64,000 nucleotides of DNA from Planctomycetota bacterium (GTDB lineage: Bacteria > Planctomycetota > B15-G4), in the NCBI GenBank assembly GCA_965248575.1, contig CBDFJQ010000002.1, forward strand, positions 2,848,001 through 2,912,000, given 5' to 3'. The notes beneath the pieces are model-generated. The model made no database searches. It saw nothing but the letters and a program-made list of their open reading frames with translations, and was not told where the DNA came from. Of this stretch, positions 49,430 through 58,822 are shown piece after piece (position 1 is the first letter of the stretch; every line of letters starts with the position of its first letter). Both the position numbers and the translations under genes were made by a program.

Positions 49430-51433
49430 CTACGTCACCCCAACGCCCACTCGAAACATCCCCGGGCTGTAAGACACGATCCGCCCCTCGATCGCGCTCG
49501 CCGCCACCGTCAACGGTGACGCGAGGTAGAGCTTCCCAGGCCCACTGCGCCCCTGGAAGTTGCGGTTGATGGCAGACACCGTCACTTGCTCGGTCGTCTC
49601 ACTCACTCCCGGGCCGCAGCCGATGCAGGCGCCGCAGCCGGGGTTGATGATCTTGGCACCGGCTTTCTTAAAGGTTTCCAGCCAGCCCTTGGCTTCCGCC
49701 ACTTCGGCGGTGACCTTGCTGCCGAACTGCACGTAGAAGTCCACGCCTTCGGCCACGCTGCGGCCGTTGGCCACGGCCTCTTCCATGACGCGGGCGTACA
49801 TGGCGAAGTCGTCCACCTTGCCCGCCGTGCACGAACCGCCGTAGGCGATGTCGATGGCCACGCTGCCCAGGCCCGAGACCAGGGCGCCGTTGGTGGGGTC
49901 GGAGGGGATGCCCGCATCCGGGTCACCGGGCGTCGCCACCATGGGGTAGATGGTGGCGAGGTCGATGGTGTGCACGCCGCCGTCGTAGACCGCGCCTTCA
50001 TCGGGGGCGGTGAGGGCAGCCACCAACTCTTCGCGCGAGCGAGCGCCCGTATTGGTACCGGGGCGGTTCTCGAGGATCCAATCCACAAGTGCTTCGTCGC
50101 CCTCGCAGATGCCGGACTTGGCGACGCACTCCGTGGCCATGTTGGCCAGGGTCGCGCGCTCGTCCATGGACAGTTTCAACAGGCCGGGCCCGCCGAACTC
50201 CATGATGCGGTCGAGGGTCACCTCGTGCCGGGCGTACTCGTGCAGGATGTGCAGGATCACGTCCTTGGCGGTGCTGCCCTCGGGCAACTCGCCGGTCAGC
50301 TCGAAGCGCACCGACTCCGGCACCTTCACGAAGGTCGCACCCGAGATGATCAGCGCCGCGTACTCCGTGGCGCCCACGCCGTAGGTCAGCGCGTTGTTGC
50401 CGCCGCCCATGCATGTGTGACTGTCGGTGGCTTGGATGAAGTCGCCGGGGTCGACGAAATCGCGCCGGGCGATCTCATGGCAGATGCCGGGGCTGATGCC
50501 GTCGCGTGACTGATAGTCACGCACACCCGTGTGCTCCAAGAAGGCCGTCTGCAGGGTGCGCAGAGTCTGGATCTTGTCCGCGAAGGGTGCCATCTTCGTC
50601 ACGCCGTCGGCGTACAGCAGGTGGTCCTCGAAGACTGCGAACTTGCTGGCGTCGGGGATGGTGTAGCCCTCACCGAACTCTTGCTGCAGGAAGTGATGCA
50701 CCTGCGCCGTGGTGAACTCGTGGCTGTAGCCGCCGTCCACCTTGACCATGATGGCGTCGCCGGGCTTCACCGCACTGCCCTCGCCCACGAGATGCTTGGT
50801 GAGCATCTTCTCGCCCATGGTCATGGGGCGCGCCGCGGTCGCGGGCGCCGGCACCGTCACGCTGCCGTCCATGAGCCCCTTGGAGAAGGGGAACAAGCCG
50901 CCCATCTCGAGGATCTTGCGCGTCACCGGGTCGTAGCTGCCGGTGAACTCATCGAGCGGGATCTCCTCCCCGTTCTGCAAGCGCTTGAGCTGATCGTGGT
51001 CGCCCATGATCTGCCCGAGGTTGATGTTGTTGCGCTCGTGAATCGGCGCGAAGGAGGCCGCGATCACGAGGCTGATGCCGCACCACTTCTCGCACTGGGG
51101 CGCCGTCTCGCGCGAACTGCCCGTGCCCTTGCGGAAGCCCGACACGATCACGCCGAAGTTGCCATCCAGCAGGCCCCGCTCGCGCACCACCCGCTCGCCG
51201 TCCTTCATCAAACCGGCGTAGGCGTTGAGGGCGATGTCCTCCGGCCGATGGTTGAAGCAGACCCAGGCCGGCGTCATGGCATCGGTGTTCACATCATCCA
51301 GCAGGTCCTCGACGCTCAGGTCCTCCATGCGGAGGTCCAGCCCGTCTTCGATCTGCTGCTTGATGAGGTCGAGGTCCTTGGTGAGGAACAGGACGCGCTT
51401 GCCCGGCTCCAACTTCACGGTGCGAGATGTCAT
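49430..51433 (-). CDS. Aconitase-family hydro-lyase, swivel (LeuD-like) fused N-terminal to a LeuC-like domain
   Basis: DDVNTD, GTGSSRETA, ASFAPIHERN; FEDH, GICH, TDSHTC, GGSCTAG, PGCGACIG, NRNFQGR. Confidence 0.85.
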   Translation of the reverse strand: MTSRTVKLEPGKRVLFLTKDLDLIKQQIEDGLDLRMEDLSVEDLLDDVNTDAMTPAWVCFNHRPEDIALNAYAGLMKDGERVVRERGLLDGNFGVIVSGFRKGTGSSRETAPQCEKWCGISLVIAASFAPIHERNNINLGQIMGDHDQLKRLQNGEEIPLDEFTGSYDPVTRKILEMGGLFPFSKGLMDGSVTVPAPATAARPMTMGEKMLTKHLVGEGSAVKPGDAIMVKVDGGYSHEFTTAQVHHFLQQEFGEGYTIPDASKFAVFEDHLLYADGVTKMAPFADKIQTLRTLQTAFLEHTGVRDYQSRDGISPGICHEIARRDFVDPGDFIQATDSHTCMGGGNNALTYGVGATEYAALIISGATFVKVPESVRFELTGELPEGSTAKDVILHILHEYARHEVTLDRIMEFGGPGLLKLSMDERATLANMATECVAKSGICEGDEALVDWILENRPGTNTGARSREELVAALTAPDEGAVYDGGVHTIDLATIYPMVATPGDPDAGIPSDPTNGALVSGLGSVAIDIAYGGSCTAGKVDDFAMYARVMEEAVANGRSVAEGVDFYVQFGSKVTAEVAEAKGWLETFKKAGAKIINPGCGACIGCGPGVSETTEQVTVSAINRNFQGRSGPGKLYLASPLTVAASAIEGRIVSYSPGMFRVGVGVT

Positions 51434-51443
51434 GGGGTGTGGC

Positions 51444-52649
51444 TCAGACGCGCTGGATGAGCATCGCGATGCCCTGGCCGCCGCCGATGCAGGCGGAGGC
51501 CATGCCGTAGGTCTTGCCGCGGCGCTCGAGCTCGTGCACCAGGGTCAGCAGCAGGCGCGAGCCCGTGGCACCGAGCGGGTGGCCCAGAGCGATGGCGCCG
51601 CCGTTCACGTTGACCTTCTCGCGATCGATCTCGAGTTCCTTCTCCACCGCCAGGTACTGGGCGCTGAAGGCCTCGTTGATCTCGAACAGGTCCACGTCGT
51701 CGAGGGCGACACCCGCCTTGTCGAGCGTGTTGCGGATGGCCGGGGCCGGGCCGATGCCCATCTCCGACGGCTCCACACCCACCGTGTCCCAGGCGACGAT
51801 CTTGGCGCGCGGCTTCCAACCGTTGGCCTTCGCGATCTCCCCCGTGCTGATCATCAGGGCGGCGGCACCGTCCACGATTCCGGACGCGTTGCCTGCGGTG
51901 ACCGTGCCGTCCTTGCCGAAGGCAGGGCGCAGCTTCTGCAGGCCCTCGATGGTGCTGTCGGGCTTGATGTGGTCGTCCGTGTCGACGACGCCCACGACCT
52001 TGTCGCGCTTGACGATCTCGACCGGCACGATCTCCTCAGCGAAGGCACCGCTCTGAACGGCCGCTGCGCCCAGCTGGTGGCTGCGCAAGGCGAAGGCGTC
52101 CTGCTCTTCGCGCGAGATGCCGTACTTGGTGCCGAGCTTCTCGGCCGTCTGGGCCATGAACAAACCACACATGGGGTCCTGCAGCGAACCCATCAGCTGG
52201 TCCTGCAGCTCCCACTTCATGCCCAGGCGGTAACCGGCGCGCCCGTTCCACAACACGTGCGGGCTCTGGCTCATGCTCTCGGTGCCACCGGCCAACACGG
52301 TCTTCGCTTCGCCCGCCATGATCAGATGGCAACCGCTGATGACCGACTGCACACCCGAGCCGCACAGGCGGTTCACGGTGAGGGCCGGCTTGTCGATGGG
52401 GATGCCCGCCTTGAGCTGGATGTTTCGCGCGCCGTAGAGGGCGTCGGCCGAGGTGTAGAGCACGTTGCCGAAGACCGTGTGATCCACCTGCTCAGGCTTC
52501 ACACCCGAGCGTTCCATGGCAGCGATGGAGGCTTTGGCGCCGAGGTCCAGCGCGGAGAAACCGGCCAACTTGCCGAAGCCGGGCGTTCCGACGTACTCCG
52601 CCATGGGAGTGCGGGCGCCACCAAGGATCACGATGTCGTGGGAAGTCAT
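51444..52649 (-). CDS. Acetyl-CoA C-acyltransferase (thiolase)
   Basis: NRLCGSG, EINEAF, GGAIALGHPLGATG, CIGGGQG. Confidence 0.95.
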   Translation of the reverse strand: MTSHDIVILGGARTPMAEYVGTPGFGKLAGFSALDLGAKASIAAMERSGVKPEQVDHTVFGNVLYTSADALYGARNIQLKAGIPIDKPALTVNRLCGSGVQSVISGCHLIMAGEAKTVLAGGTESMSQSPHVLWNGRAGYRLGMKWELQDQLMGSLQDPMCGLFMAQTAEKLGTKYGISREEQDAFALRSHQLGAAAVQSGAFAEEIVPVEIVKRDKVVGVVDTDDHIKPDSTIEGLQKLRPAFGKDGTVTAGNASGIVDGAAALMISTGEIAKANGWKPRAKIVAWDTVGVEPSEMGIGPAPAIRNTLDKAGVALDDVDLFEINEAFSAQYLAVEKELEIDREKVNVNGGAIALGHPLGATGSRLLLTLVHELERRGKTYGMASACIGGGQGIAMLIQRV

Positions 52650-52781
52650 GAACGAGCTTTCTGTTGAAGGGGTTGTTGAATCGAACTGTCCGCGGGCGCG
52701 AGTTGGAGGCCGCGCGGGGCTCCGTCATGCAAACCGCGCAGCCAGCGCGGGGCGACAGAGCAGAGAGATGTCAGGAAAGAG

Positions 52782-53564
52782 TCAGTTGCCGGTGAACTTG
52801 GCGGGGCGCTTCTCGAGGAAAGCGCCCATGCCCTCCTTGAGGTCAGTGGTCGCCGCCAGCAGGCCGAAGAAGGTGGCCTCATAGTTGAGCCCGTCCTTGA
52901 GCGGCATCTCGGTGCCGTGGTTCACGGCGTCGAGGGCGAAGCGCACGGCCACGGGGCCCGAACGCATGATGCCGCGCACCATCTTCTCGGTGCGCTCCAT
53001 GAGCTCGGCCTGGGGGTAGACCTTGTTCACCAAGCCGATGCGATACGCCTCGGCGGCGTCGATGGGCTTGGCCGTGAGGATCAGCTCCATGGCCCGCCCC
53101 TTGCCGACGATGCGCGGCAAACGCTGGGTACCGCCGTAACCCGGGATGATGCCCAAGGTCACTTCGGGCAAGCCGATCAGTGCGTTGTCGGAGGCGATGC
53201 GCAGGTGGCAGGCCAAGGCCAGTTCGCAGCCACCGCCCAGGGCGAAGCCGTTCACCGCAGCCACCACGGGCTTGGGCGTGGACTCAATCGTGTCCATGAG
53301 CTGCTGGCCCTTCATGGCCAGAGGGCGCGCGGTGATGGATGTCTGGTGCACCAGCTCGCTGATGTCCGCACCCGCCACGAAGGCCTTCTCGCCCGTGCCG
53401 CTCAGGATGACCGCTGCCACGGAGTCGTCGTCGCCCACCGCATCAAAGGCGTGCTGCAGCTCGCCGATGGTCTGGTCGTTGAGGGCGTTGAGCTTGTCGG
53501 GTCGGTTCACCGTGATGAAGGCGATGCCGTCCCGGTCGTCTCGGAGGATGTTCTCGTAGGTCAC
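52782..53564 (-). CDS. crt: Enoyl-CoA hydratase (crotonase)
   Basis: AFVAGADI, GFALGGGCELA, PEVTLGIIPGYGGTQRL. Confidence 0.9.
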   Translation of the reverse strand: MTYENILRDDRDGIAFITVNRPDKLNALNDQTIGELQHAFDAVGDDDSVAAVILSGTGEKAFVAGADISELVHQTSITARPLAMKGQQLMDTIESTPKPVVAAVNGFALGGGCELALACHLRIASDNALIGLPEVTLGIIPGYGGTQRLPRIVGKGRAMELILTAKPIDAAEAYRIGLVNKVYPQAELMERTEKMVRGIMRSGPVAVRFALDAVNHGTEMPLKDGLNYEATFFGLLAATTDLKEGMGAFLEKRPAKFTGN

Positions 53565-53576
53565 GTCTCTCGACTC

Positions 53577-54581
53577 CTAGTCTTTGTTCTTGGACCGCGT
53601 CGTCTTCTTTGGTGCGGCCTTGCGCGTGGTCTTCTTGGTGGTCGCCTTGGCCGCCGCCTTCTTGGCGCGGGGCTTGGGCTTGTCGCCGTCGTCAGCCTTG
53701 GTAGCCGCCTTCGGTTTCGGGGCAGCCTTGCGGGTCGTCTTCTTGGCGGCGGCCTTCTTGCGAGCGGGCTTGGCCTCCGTCTCAGGGGCATCGGATGCGC
53801 TTGCGCCGTCACCGGCACCCGCGGAGTCATCGCCTTGGAAAGGCAACTCGCTCTGGGGCTTGTTCTCGGCATCCTGCGCCTGTGCAGGCGCCGGCGAATC
53901 GCCGTTGTTCCGGTTGTCGTTGCGGTTGTCTCCGCCCCGGCCGCGCCCGCGGCCCCGGCCACGACTGCGCCCCCTGTTGCCGCCGCCACCCTGCTCGCCA
54001 TCCCCACCGCCGTCCGCACTTCCGCCCCCCTGGCCCGACGGGGCGTTGGGCTGCGGCTCGGGTGTCGGCTCCGGCTCAGGGAACTCCACGCCTTCCACCA
54101 TCACGGTGTTGATGTACACGGTCGAGCGCGGAACGCTGATTTCCTTGTAGCGAGTCTCCATGTTCACGGGGACTTCGGAGATCTTGTCGACGATCTCCTC
54201 GCCCTCCACCACCCGCGCGAAGGCGGAGTAGCGGCTGTCGAGGTAACGCGCATCCTTCTGGCAGATGAAGAACTGGCTGCCGGCGCTGTGCGGGTCGTTG
54301 CTGCGAGCCATGGAGACGACGCCGCGCACGTGGGGCGTGTCGTTGAACTCCGGACGGATCGTGTAACCCGGGTTGCCGCTGCCGTTCCCCTTGGGGCAAC
54401 CACCCTGGATCATGAAGCCCTTGAGGACCCGGTGGAACGTCAGGCCGTCGTAGAAGCCCTTGTTGGCGAGCTTCACGAAGTTCTCAGCCGTGTTCGGCGC
54501 CTTGTCCGTGAGGAACTCCAAGACGATGTCGCCCATGGAGGTCCGGATCGTCGCCCGACTGTCGCTGTTGATGGTGACCAT
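53577..54581 (-). CDS. Cyclophilin PPIase with an RG-rich segment and a histone-like Lys/Ala tail
   Basis: FYDGLTFHRV, MIQGG, SMAR, SAGSQFFI; tail GRGRGRGR...KKAAAKKTTRKAAPK. Confidence 0.9.
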   Translation of the reverse strand: MVTINSDSRATIRTSMGDIVLEFLTDKAPNTAENFVKLANKGFYDGLTFHRVLKGFMIQGGCPKGNGSGNPGYTIRPEFNDTPHVRGVVSMARSNDPHSAGSQFFICQKDARYLDSRYSAFARVVEGEEIVDKISEVPVNMETRYKEISVPRSTVYINTVMVEGVEFPEPEPTPEPQPNAPSGQGGGSADGGGDGEQGGGGNRGRSRGRGRGRGRGGDNRNDNRNNGDSPAPAQAQDAENKPQSELPFQGDDSAGAGDGASASDAPETEAKPARKKAAAKKTTRKAAPKPKAATKADDGDKPKPRAKKAAAKATTKKTTRKAAPKKTTRSKNKD

Positions 54582-54652
54582 TGCGCTCCTTGCGCCTTAC
54601 TCGCGATTGCATGCCTCGCGCATGCTCGTTGCCTTCCGGGGAAGCCCCCAGC

Positions 54653-56017
54653 TCAGCGCACCGGATTTCCGGCGATCATGCTCTTCTCGTTGTCGCCCTG
54701 CAGCCAAGGCCGCAACACGATCTGTTGAATCTGAATCGGCTTCGAGGGCTTGCCGCTGTCCGTTGCCGCAGCCTCGATGGCGGCCAAGGTCGCCTCGCCC
54801 CGAATCACCCGCCCGAACACGGTCTGCTTGCCATCCAACTCCGGCCGGTCGTCCAGGCAGATGAAGAACTGGCTGCCGGCTGAGTCGGGGTGGGCGAAGC
54901 GCGCCATGGAAAGGGTGCCACGGCGGTGCCGCCGCTCGTTGAACTCATTGTCGATCTGCCAGCCGGGGCCGCCCAGGCCGTTGCCCTGGGGGCAGCCGCC
55001 CTGCGCCACATAGCCCGGCAGGATCCTGTGGAAGCCCAGGCCGTTGTAGAAGCCCTGGCCAACCAGGCGCTTGAAGTTCTGGACGTGGTTGGGCGCCACC
55101 TCGGGGAAGAACTGCAGCAGGAGCACACCCACGTTCGTGCTGACCTCTGCGATCTCGCCCATCGCTTCCGCCGAGACCTCGTCCTGCGCTTCGGAGCGGA
55201 GCTTGGCTCGGGCCAACGCCTTCGCCTGCTTCCCTGGACTTCCTGAGGCAGTGGCGGGCGCAGCGCCCTGCAACGTGCCGGCGGTCTTGGTCTTGGAAGG
55301 CTTTGTCGCCAGTTGCGACTGCAAGGCGGTCTCCACCACCTCGACCCGCTTCACCAAGCCGGCCACCTGGCTCACGAGATCGTCGGAGCGACGCTCCAGC
55401 GCATTCTGGGTGCCCAAAGCCACCGCGGTCTGGAACTGCTGCAGTTCGCCTTCGAGCGAACGCAGCACGGCGTGCTGTGCAGAGCCTTCAGCGGAGGCGG
55501 CCGCGACGACGTCGAGCTCAAGCAAGGGGCGCAGCGCGTCCCCGGCCCGGCGCCCGAAGTCGGCGACGCCCCGTTGCTCCCGACGCAAGTCCGTGAGCAG
55601 GGCTTCCGAGTGCTGGTTGAGCAGGCCCGCCTCAACCTCAAGCCGTTCCAGCTCCGTCAGAGCGGCCTCTCCGAGCTTCGCCTGTTCGACCACGGTGCGC
55701 AGCTGGCCCAGGCGTGCAAACACATTGGCAGCATGGTTGCGCGACGAGTCGTAAGCCGCTTCCACTCCTGCCAAGGAAAGCCGCGACTTGGACAGGGACG
55801 TGTCCAAGCGCGCTTGAAGAGCCGTGGCCACATCGGCCACGGAGTCGGCAGCCGCCTCGCCCCCGGCCGAGCCGGCACGGGAATCCTTACTCGCAGCCTC
55901 TCCCGCAAGCTCCGTCTGCAGCCCCTCGGACAAGACGGGATCCTGTGCGGGCGGCGTCGACGTGCACGCCACACCCGCAAGAACCACCATCGCCCAGAGA
56001 GGCCACACTCGGATCAT
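54653..56017 (-). CDS. Lipoprotein with a coiled coil and C-terminal cyclophilin domain
   Basis: Lipobox-like AGVAC; FYNGLGFHRI, AQGG, SAGSQFFI. ATG overlaps the hbd stop. Confidence 0.85.
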   Translation of the reverse strand: MIRVWPLWAMVVLAGVACTSTPPAQDPVLSEGLQTELAGEAASKDSRAGSAGGEAAADSVADVATALQARLDTSLSKSRLSLAGVEAAYDSSRNHAANVFARLGQLRTVVEQAKLGEAALTELERLEVEAGLLNQHSEALLTDLRREQRGVADFGRRAGDALRPLLELDVVAAASAEGSAQHAVLRSLEGELQQFQTAVALGTQNALERRSDDLVSQVAGLVKRVEVVETALQSQLATKPSKTKTAGTLQGAAPATASGSPGKQAKALARAKLRSEAQDEVSAEAMGEIAEVSTNVGVLLLQFFPEVAPNHVQNFKRLVGQGFYNGLGFHRILPGYVAQGGCPQGNGLGGPGWQIDNEFNERRHRRGTLSMARFAHPDSAGSQFFICLDDRPELDGKQTVFGRVIRGEATLAAIEAAATDSGKPSKPIQIQQIVLRPWLQGDNEKSMIAGNPVR

Positions 56018-56883
56018 GCGCGCTTGTCCCCATCCCACTTGAAGAAGCCTTCGCCGGACTTCCGGCCCAGCTTCCCTGCGGCGACCTTGTCCTTGAGGAT
56101 CTGCGGTGGCACGAAGGTGGGATCCTCGGGGAAGCGCTCATGCCAGCCCTCGAGAATGGACAGCGTGGTGTCGAGACCCACGTAGTCGGTGAGGGTGAAC
56201 GGGCCCATGGGATAGCCGCAGCCGAGGGACATGCCCGCGTCCACGTCGGCCGGGGTCGAATCGCCACGCTCCACCATGCGCATGGCATCCGCCATGTAAG
56301 GCACGAGCAGGCGGTTGACCACGAAGCCGGGGGTGTCGCTAGCGGCCACGGAAACCTTGCCCACAGCCTTTCCGAAGGCCTTGGCCTCTTCGAAGACAGC
56401 GGGGTCGGTGGCCGGGGTGTTCACCACTTCCACGAGCTTCATGAGCTGCACGGGGTTGAAGAAGTGCAGGCCCACCATCTTGTCGGGGCGGCCGGAGGCG
56501 GCACCCATCGTGGCCACGGGAAAGGACGAGGTGTTGCTGGCGAGGATGGTCTCGGGCTTGCAGAGCTTGCCCAGGGACGCGTACAGCTCGCTCTTGATGT
56601 CCAGGTCCTCGATGATGGCCTCGACCACGATGTCGCAGTCGGCCAGGTCGCTCAGCTCGAGGGTGCCGTTCAGGCGCGCCTTGGCACCGTCGGCATCTTC
56701 CTGGGTGAGCTTCTCCTTCTCCACGAGCTTGGCGAGGCTCTTGGCGATGCGGCCCAAGCCCTTGTCGAGCGCGCCTTGGGCGGACTCCCGGACGATGACC
56801 TCAAAGCCCGCCTGGGCTGCAACCTGGGCAATACCGTGCCCCATGAGACCGCAACCGACGACGCCTACCTTCTGGATGGCCAT
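56014..56883 (-). CDS. hbd: 3-hydroxybutyryl-CoA dehydrogenase
   Basis: GCGLMGHGIA, VEAIIE, SNTSS, GLHFFNP, PGFVVNRL, PMGP. Confidence 0.92.
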   Translation of the reverse strand: MAIQKVGVVGCGLMGHGIAQVAAQAGFEVIVRESAQGALDKGLGRIAKSLAKLVEKEKLTQEDADGAKARLNGTLELSDLADCDIVVEAIIEDLDIKSELYASLGKLCKPETILASNTSSFPVATMGAASGRPDKMVGLHFFNPVQLMKLVEVVNTPATDPAVFEEAKAFGKAVGKVSVAASDTPGFVVNRLLVPYMADAMRMVERGDSTPADVDAGMSLGCGYPMGPFTLTDYVGLDTTLSILEGWHERFPEDPTFVPPQILKDKVAAGKLGRKSGEGFFKWDGDKRA

Positions 56884-57151
56884 GGACCAGTGTTCTCCTG
56901 TTCTTGTGTACGGGATGAAACCGAGGGTGCTGCGCTTGCGAGGCGAGCCTCGCCCGCCTTTGCCCGCTGAACCGGGCCCGAGAGGGGTACCGGCGGTCAT
57001 CGGGTTGGTCGGGGGACGCCAAGGCTCTTGCGAGCCGTCCTGCGCTGCTGATCCCCCCTTGGAGGGGGCCCCCGAAGCGACCTTTTCAACCGGTCTTTCC
57101 AGCCGAAAAGGCGCCACAGTATGGGATTCGGAGGGGTTCCACGCAACCGTA

Positions 57152-57208
57152 GGGGGCTGGGGGAATCCGGGGGGCTGGGGGAATCCGGGGGGCTGGGTGG
57201 GGAATCTG
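57152..57208 (+). repeat. 18-bp G-rich tandem repeat (about 3 copies)
   Basis: GGGGGCTGGGGGAATCCG twice plus one degenerate copy. Confidence 0.8.
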
Positions 57209-57721
57209 GAGGGGTCGGAGGGCGTGGGCTGGATGGGCGGGTTGTGCTCGAAATGGGCGTTAGGGACCGGATTCCGCGACTAGGCGACGGATCAGCCCCG
57301 CCGTCTGGAAGCGGACCTCCAAGTAGGCGCTTGGGCGAAGGCCAGCGCTGCCCTCTCACCGGTGGTTCGTCCGGTGGTTCGTCCGGCGCGAGCAGCTTGC
57401 CGTGGAGGAGGGCGGGCTCCGCAAGCGCCGAACCCTCGGGGTTCGACTCGGGCGCTACCAGCAGCTCAAGCGGAGCTGGCGGCGGCTCAGTGGATGCAGA
57501 GGGAACTCCACAGCCCGCCCACTGGAGGGTGCAGCGCAGAAGCTGGATCAGCGGAGCAGGCTTCGTTGCCAGTCCATCTCGCCGCAGGACCGGATGAGCC
57601 CCACGTTGCTGGTCATGAGAACGCGGGCTCGGAAGGATGATCCGGGTCCGCCTAACGCCGCGATCCACGGTCCGCAATTCCAAGCTGGTACGGCCAACGC
57701 CCATCGACCTAACAGTCGGAA

Positions 57722-57927
57722 ACTTAACGGACTGCTTGGATAGACGGACCCGCCTATTCGAGCTACCCTCGATCCTCGAAGACGGGAAACCGGCAAGGTC
57801 CGGGCCAGTTCAGGGAGAAGAAGCCGCACATGCGAAACCGGGGCGACGAATTTCGGAGCGCACGCAGCGTACGCTGGCTCTTCGGGCAGAATCTACCGGC
57901 AGACTCGCTGTCCAATTGTAGTTAGAG
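57722..57927 (+). mobile_element. attC-like site 1 (long, imperfect)
   Basis: ACTTAAC..TTGGATAG ... CTGTCCAA..GTTAGAG. Confidence 0.45.
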
Positions 57928-57940
57928 AGATCCAGAGACA

Positions 57941-58495
57941 ATGACGCCGAGCGAGTTTGATTGCATCGTCGAGGTGGCAGGCTTGGCCGAGACGGTTCTG
58001 ACTTGCGTCGCGATTATTCTCGGCGGCTGTTGGGCTGTTTTTCGCTTCCTGCGATACCGTCAAGCTATCCCTCGAGCCCAGATTGCCCTTACGTGCCAGG
58101 CGGCTTCCATGCGTCCTGGAAGCCGCCTACTTCATGTGGCCTTAGAGGTGGCAAACATCGGAGAGGTGTTGGTTGCGATCACGCATGTGGACTTACGCGT
58201 CCGGCAGGTATCGCCCCCACCGACAGGTGTTGCCGAGAAGCTAAATGCCGTCAATGAAGCGAACTCCGGAGAGGAGGTAGATTGCCCGTGGGATCTAATC
58301 GACTCCCGTGAGTGGAATGAGGAATGCATGCAGCTAGAGCCATCGGAGTCAGATCGATTGCACGCGGACTTCCTTATCGATAGCGAAGTGCAAGTGATCC
58401 AGCTGTATGCCCATGTACACAATCCAATAGAATCGAAACCCGGCTACGGTTGGACTAGGACAGAGCTTATTACGCTGGAGCAAATGAGTACATGA
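57941..58495 (+). CDS. Cassette 1: hypothetical protein with an N-terminal TM helix
   Basis: ATG 13 bp after the GTTAGAG core; VAIILGGCWAVFRF followed by a beta-rich domain. Confidence 0.75.
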   Translation: MTPSEFDCIVEVAGLAETVLTCVAIILGGCWAVFRFLRYRQAIPRAQIALTCQAASMRPGSRLLHVALEVANIGEVLVAITHVDLRVRQVSPPPTGVAEKLNAVNEANSGEEVDCPWDLIDSREWNEECMQLEPSESDRLHADFLIDSEVQVIQLYAHVHNPIESKPGYGWTRTELITLEQMST

Positions 58496-58653
58496 ACACA
58501 CACCAAGAGAAGAATGATGGAGACGGGAAGGGCGATAGGCGTCTTCATGAGCAACAACGCCAGCAAAAACCTCAGAAGCCACAGCAGCGCAGGGAGAAGC
58601 CCCAAAAAAAGCCCGCCAAACCAGCGAAGCCTACCCCGAAACAGGGAACGTGA
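58492..58653 (+). CDS. Cassette 1: 53-aa K/Q/P-rich small protein
   Basis: ATGA overlap with the upstream stop; ends just before attC2; too short for the ORF track. Confidence 0.5.
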   Translation: MNTHQEKNDGDGKGDRRLHEQQRQQKPQKPQQRREKPQKKPAKPAKPTPKQGT

Positions 58654-58670
58654 GTTGGCTAGCGATGACT

Positions 58671-58734
58671 CTCTAACAACCAGTTGCAGGCTGACCGCGC
58701 TGCGCGCGGCAGCTGAACTGGCGGTCCGTTATGC
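58671..58734 (+). mobile_element. attC site 2
   Basis: CTCTAAC-AACCAGTTGCAG...CCGCGC TGC GCGCGG...CTGAACTGG..GTTATGC. Confidence 0.9.
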
Positions 58735-58822
58735 GGCTTACGCGAGCGCCCAGTGGTCCCATGAAACCGGTCCTCCAAGGGCGCATGGGTGAGCCATTGG
58801 GCTAGCCGACGGAGAGCAGCAC

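Noticed and set aside
57152..57208. Possible CRISPR array
   Set aside because: Units are contiguous with no spacers. No cas genes or repeat-spacer pattern were seen anywhere in the window.
56997..57743. ORFs 56997..57704, 57121..57597 and 57402..57743, or an intI remnant
   Set aside because: Low-complexity translations driven by repeats; no tyrosine-recombinase motifs recognised.
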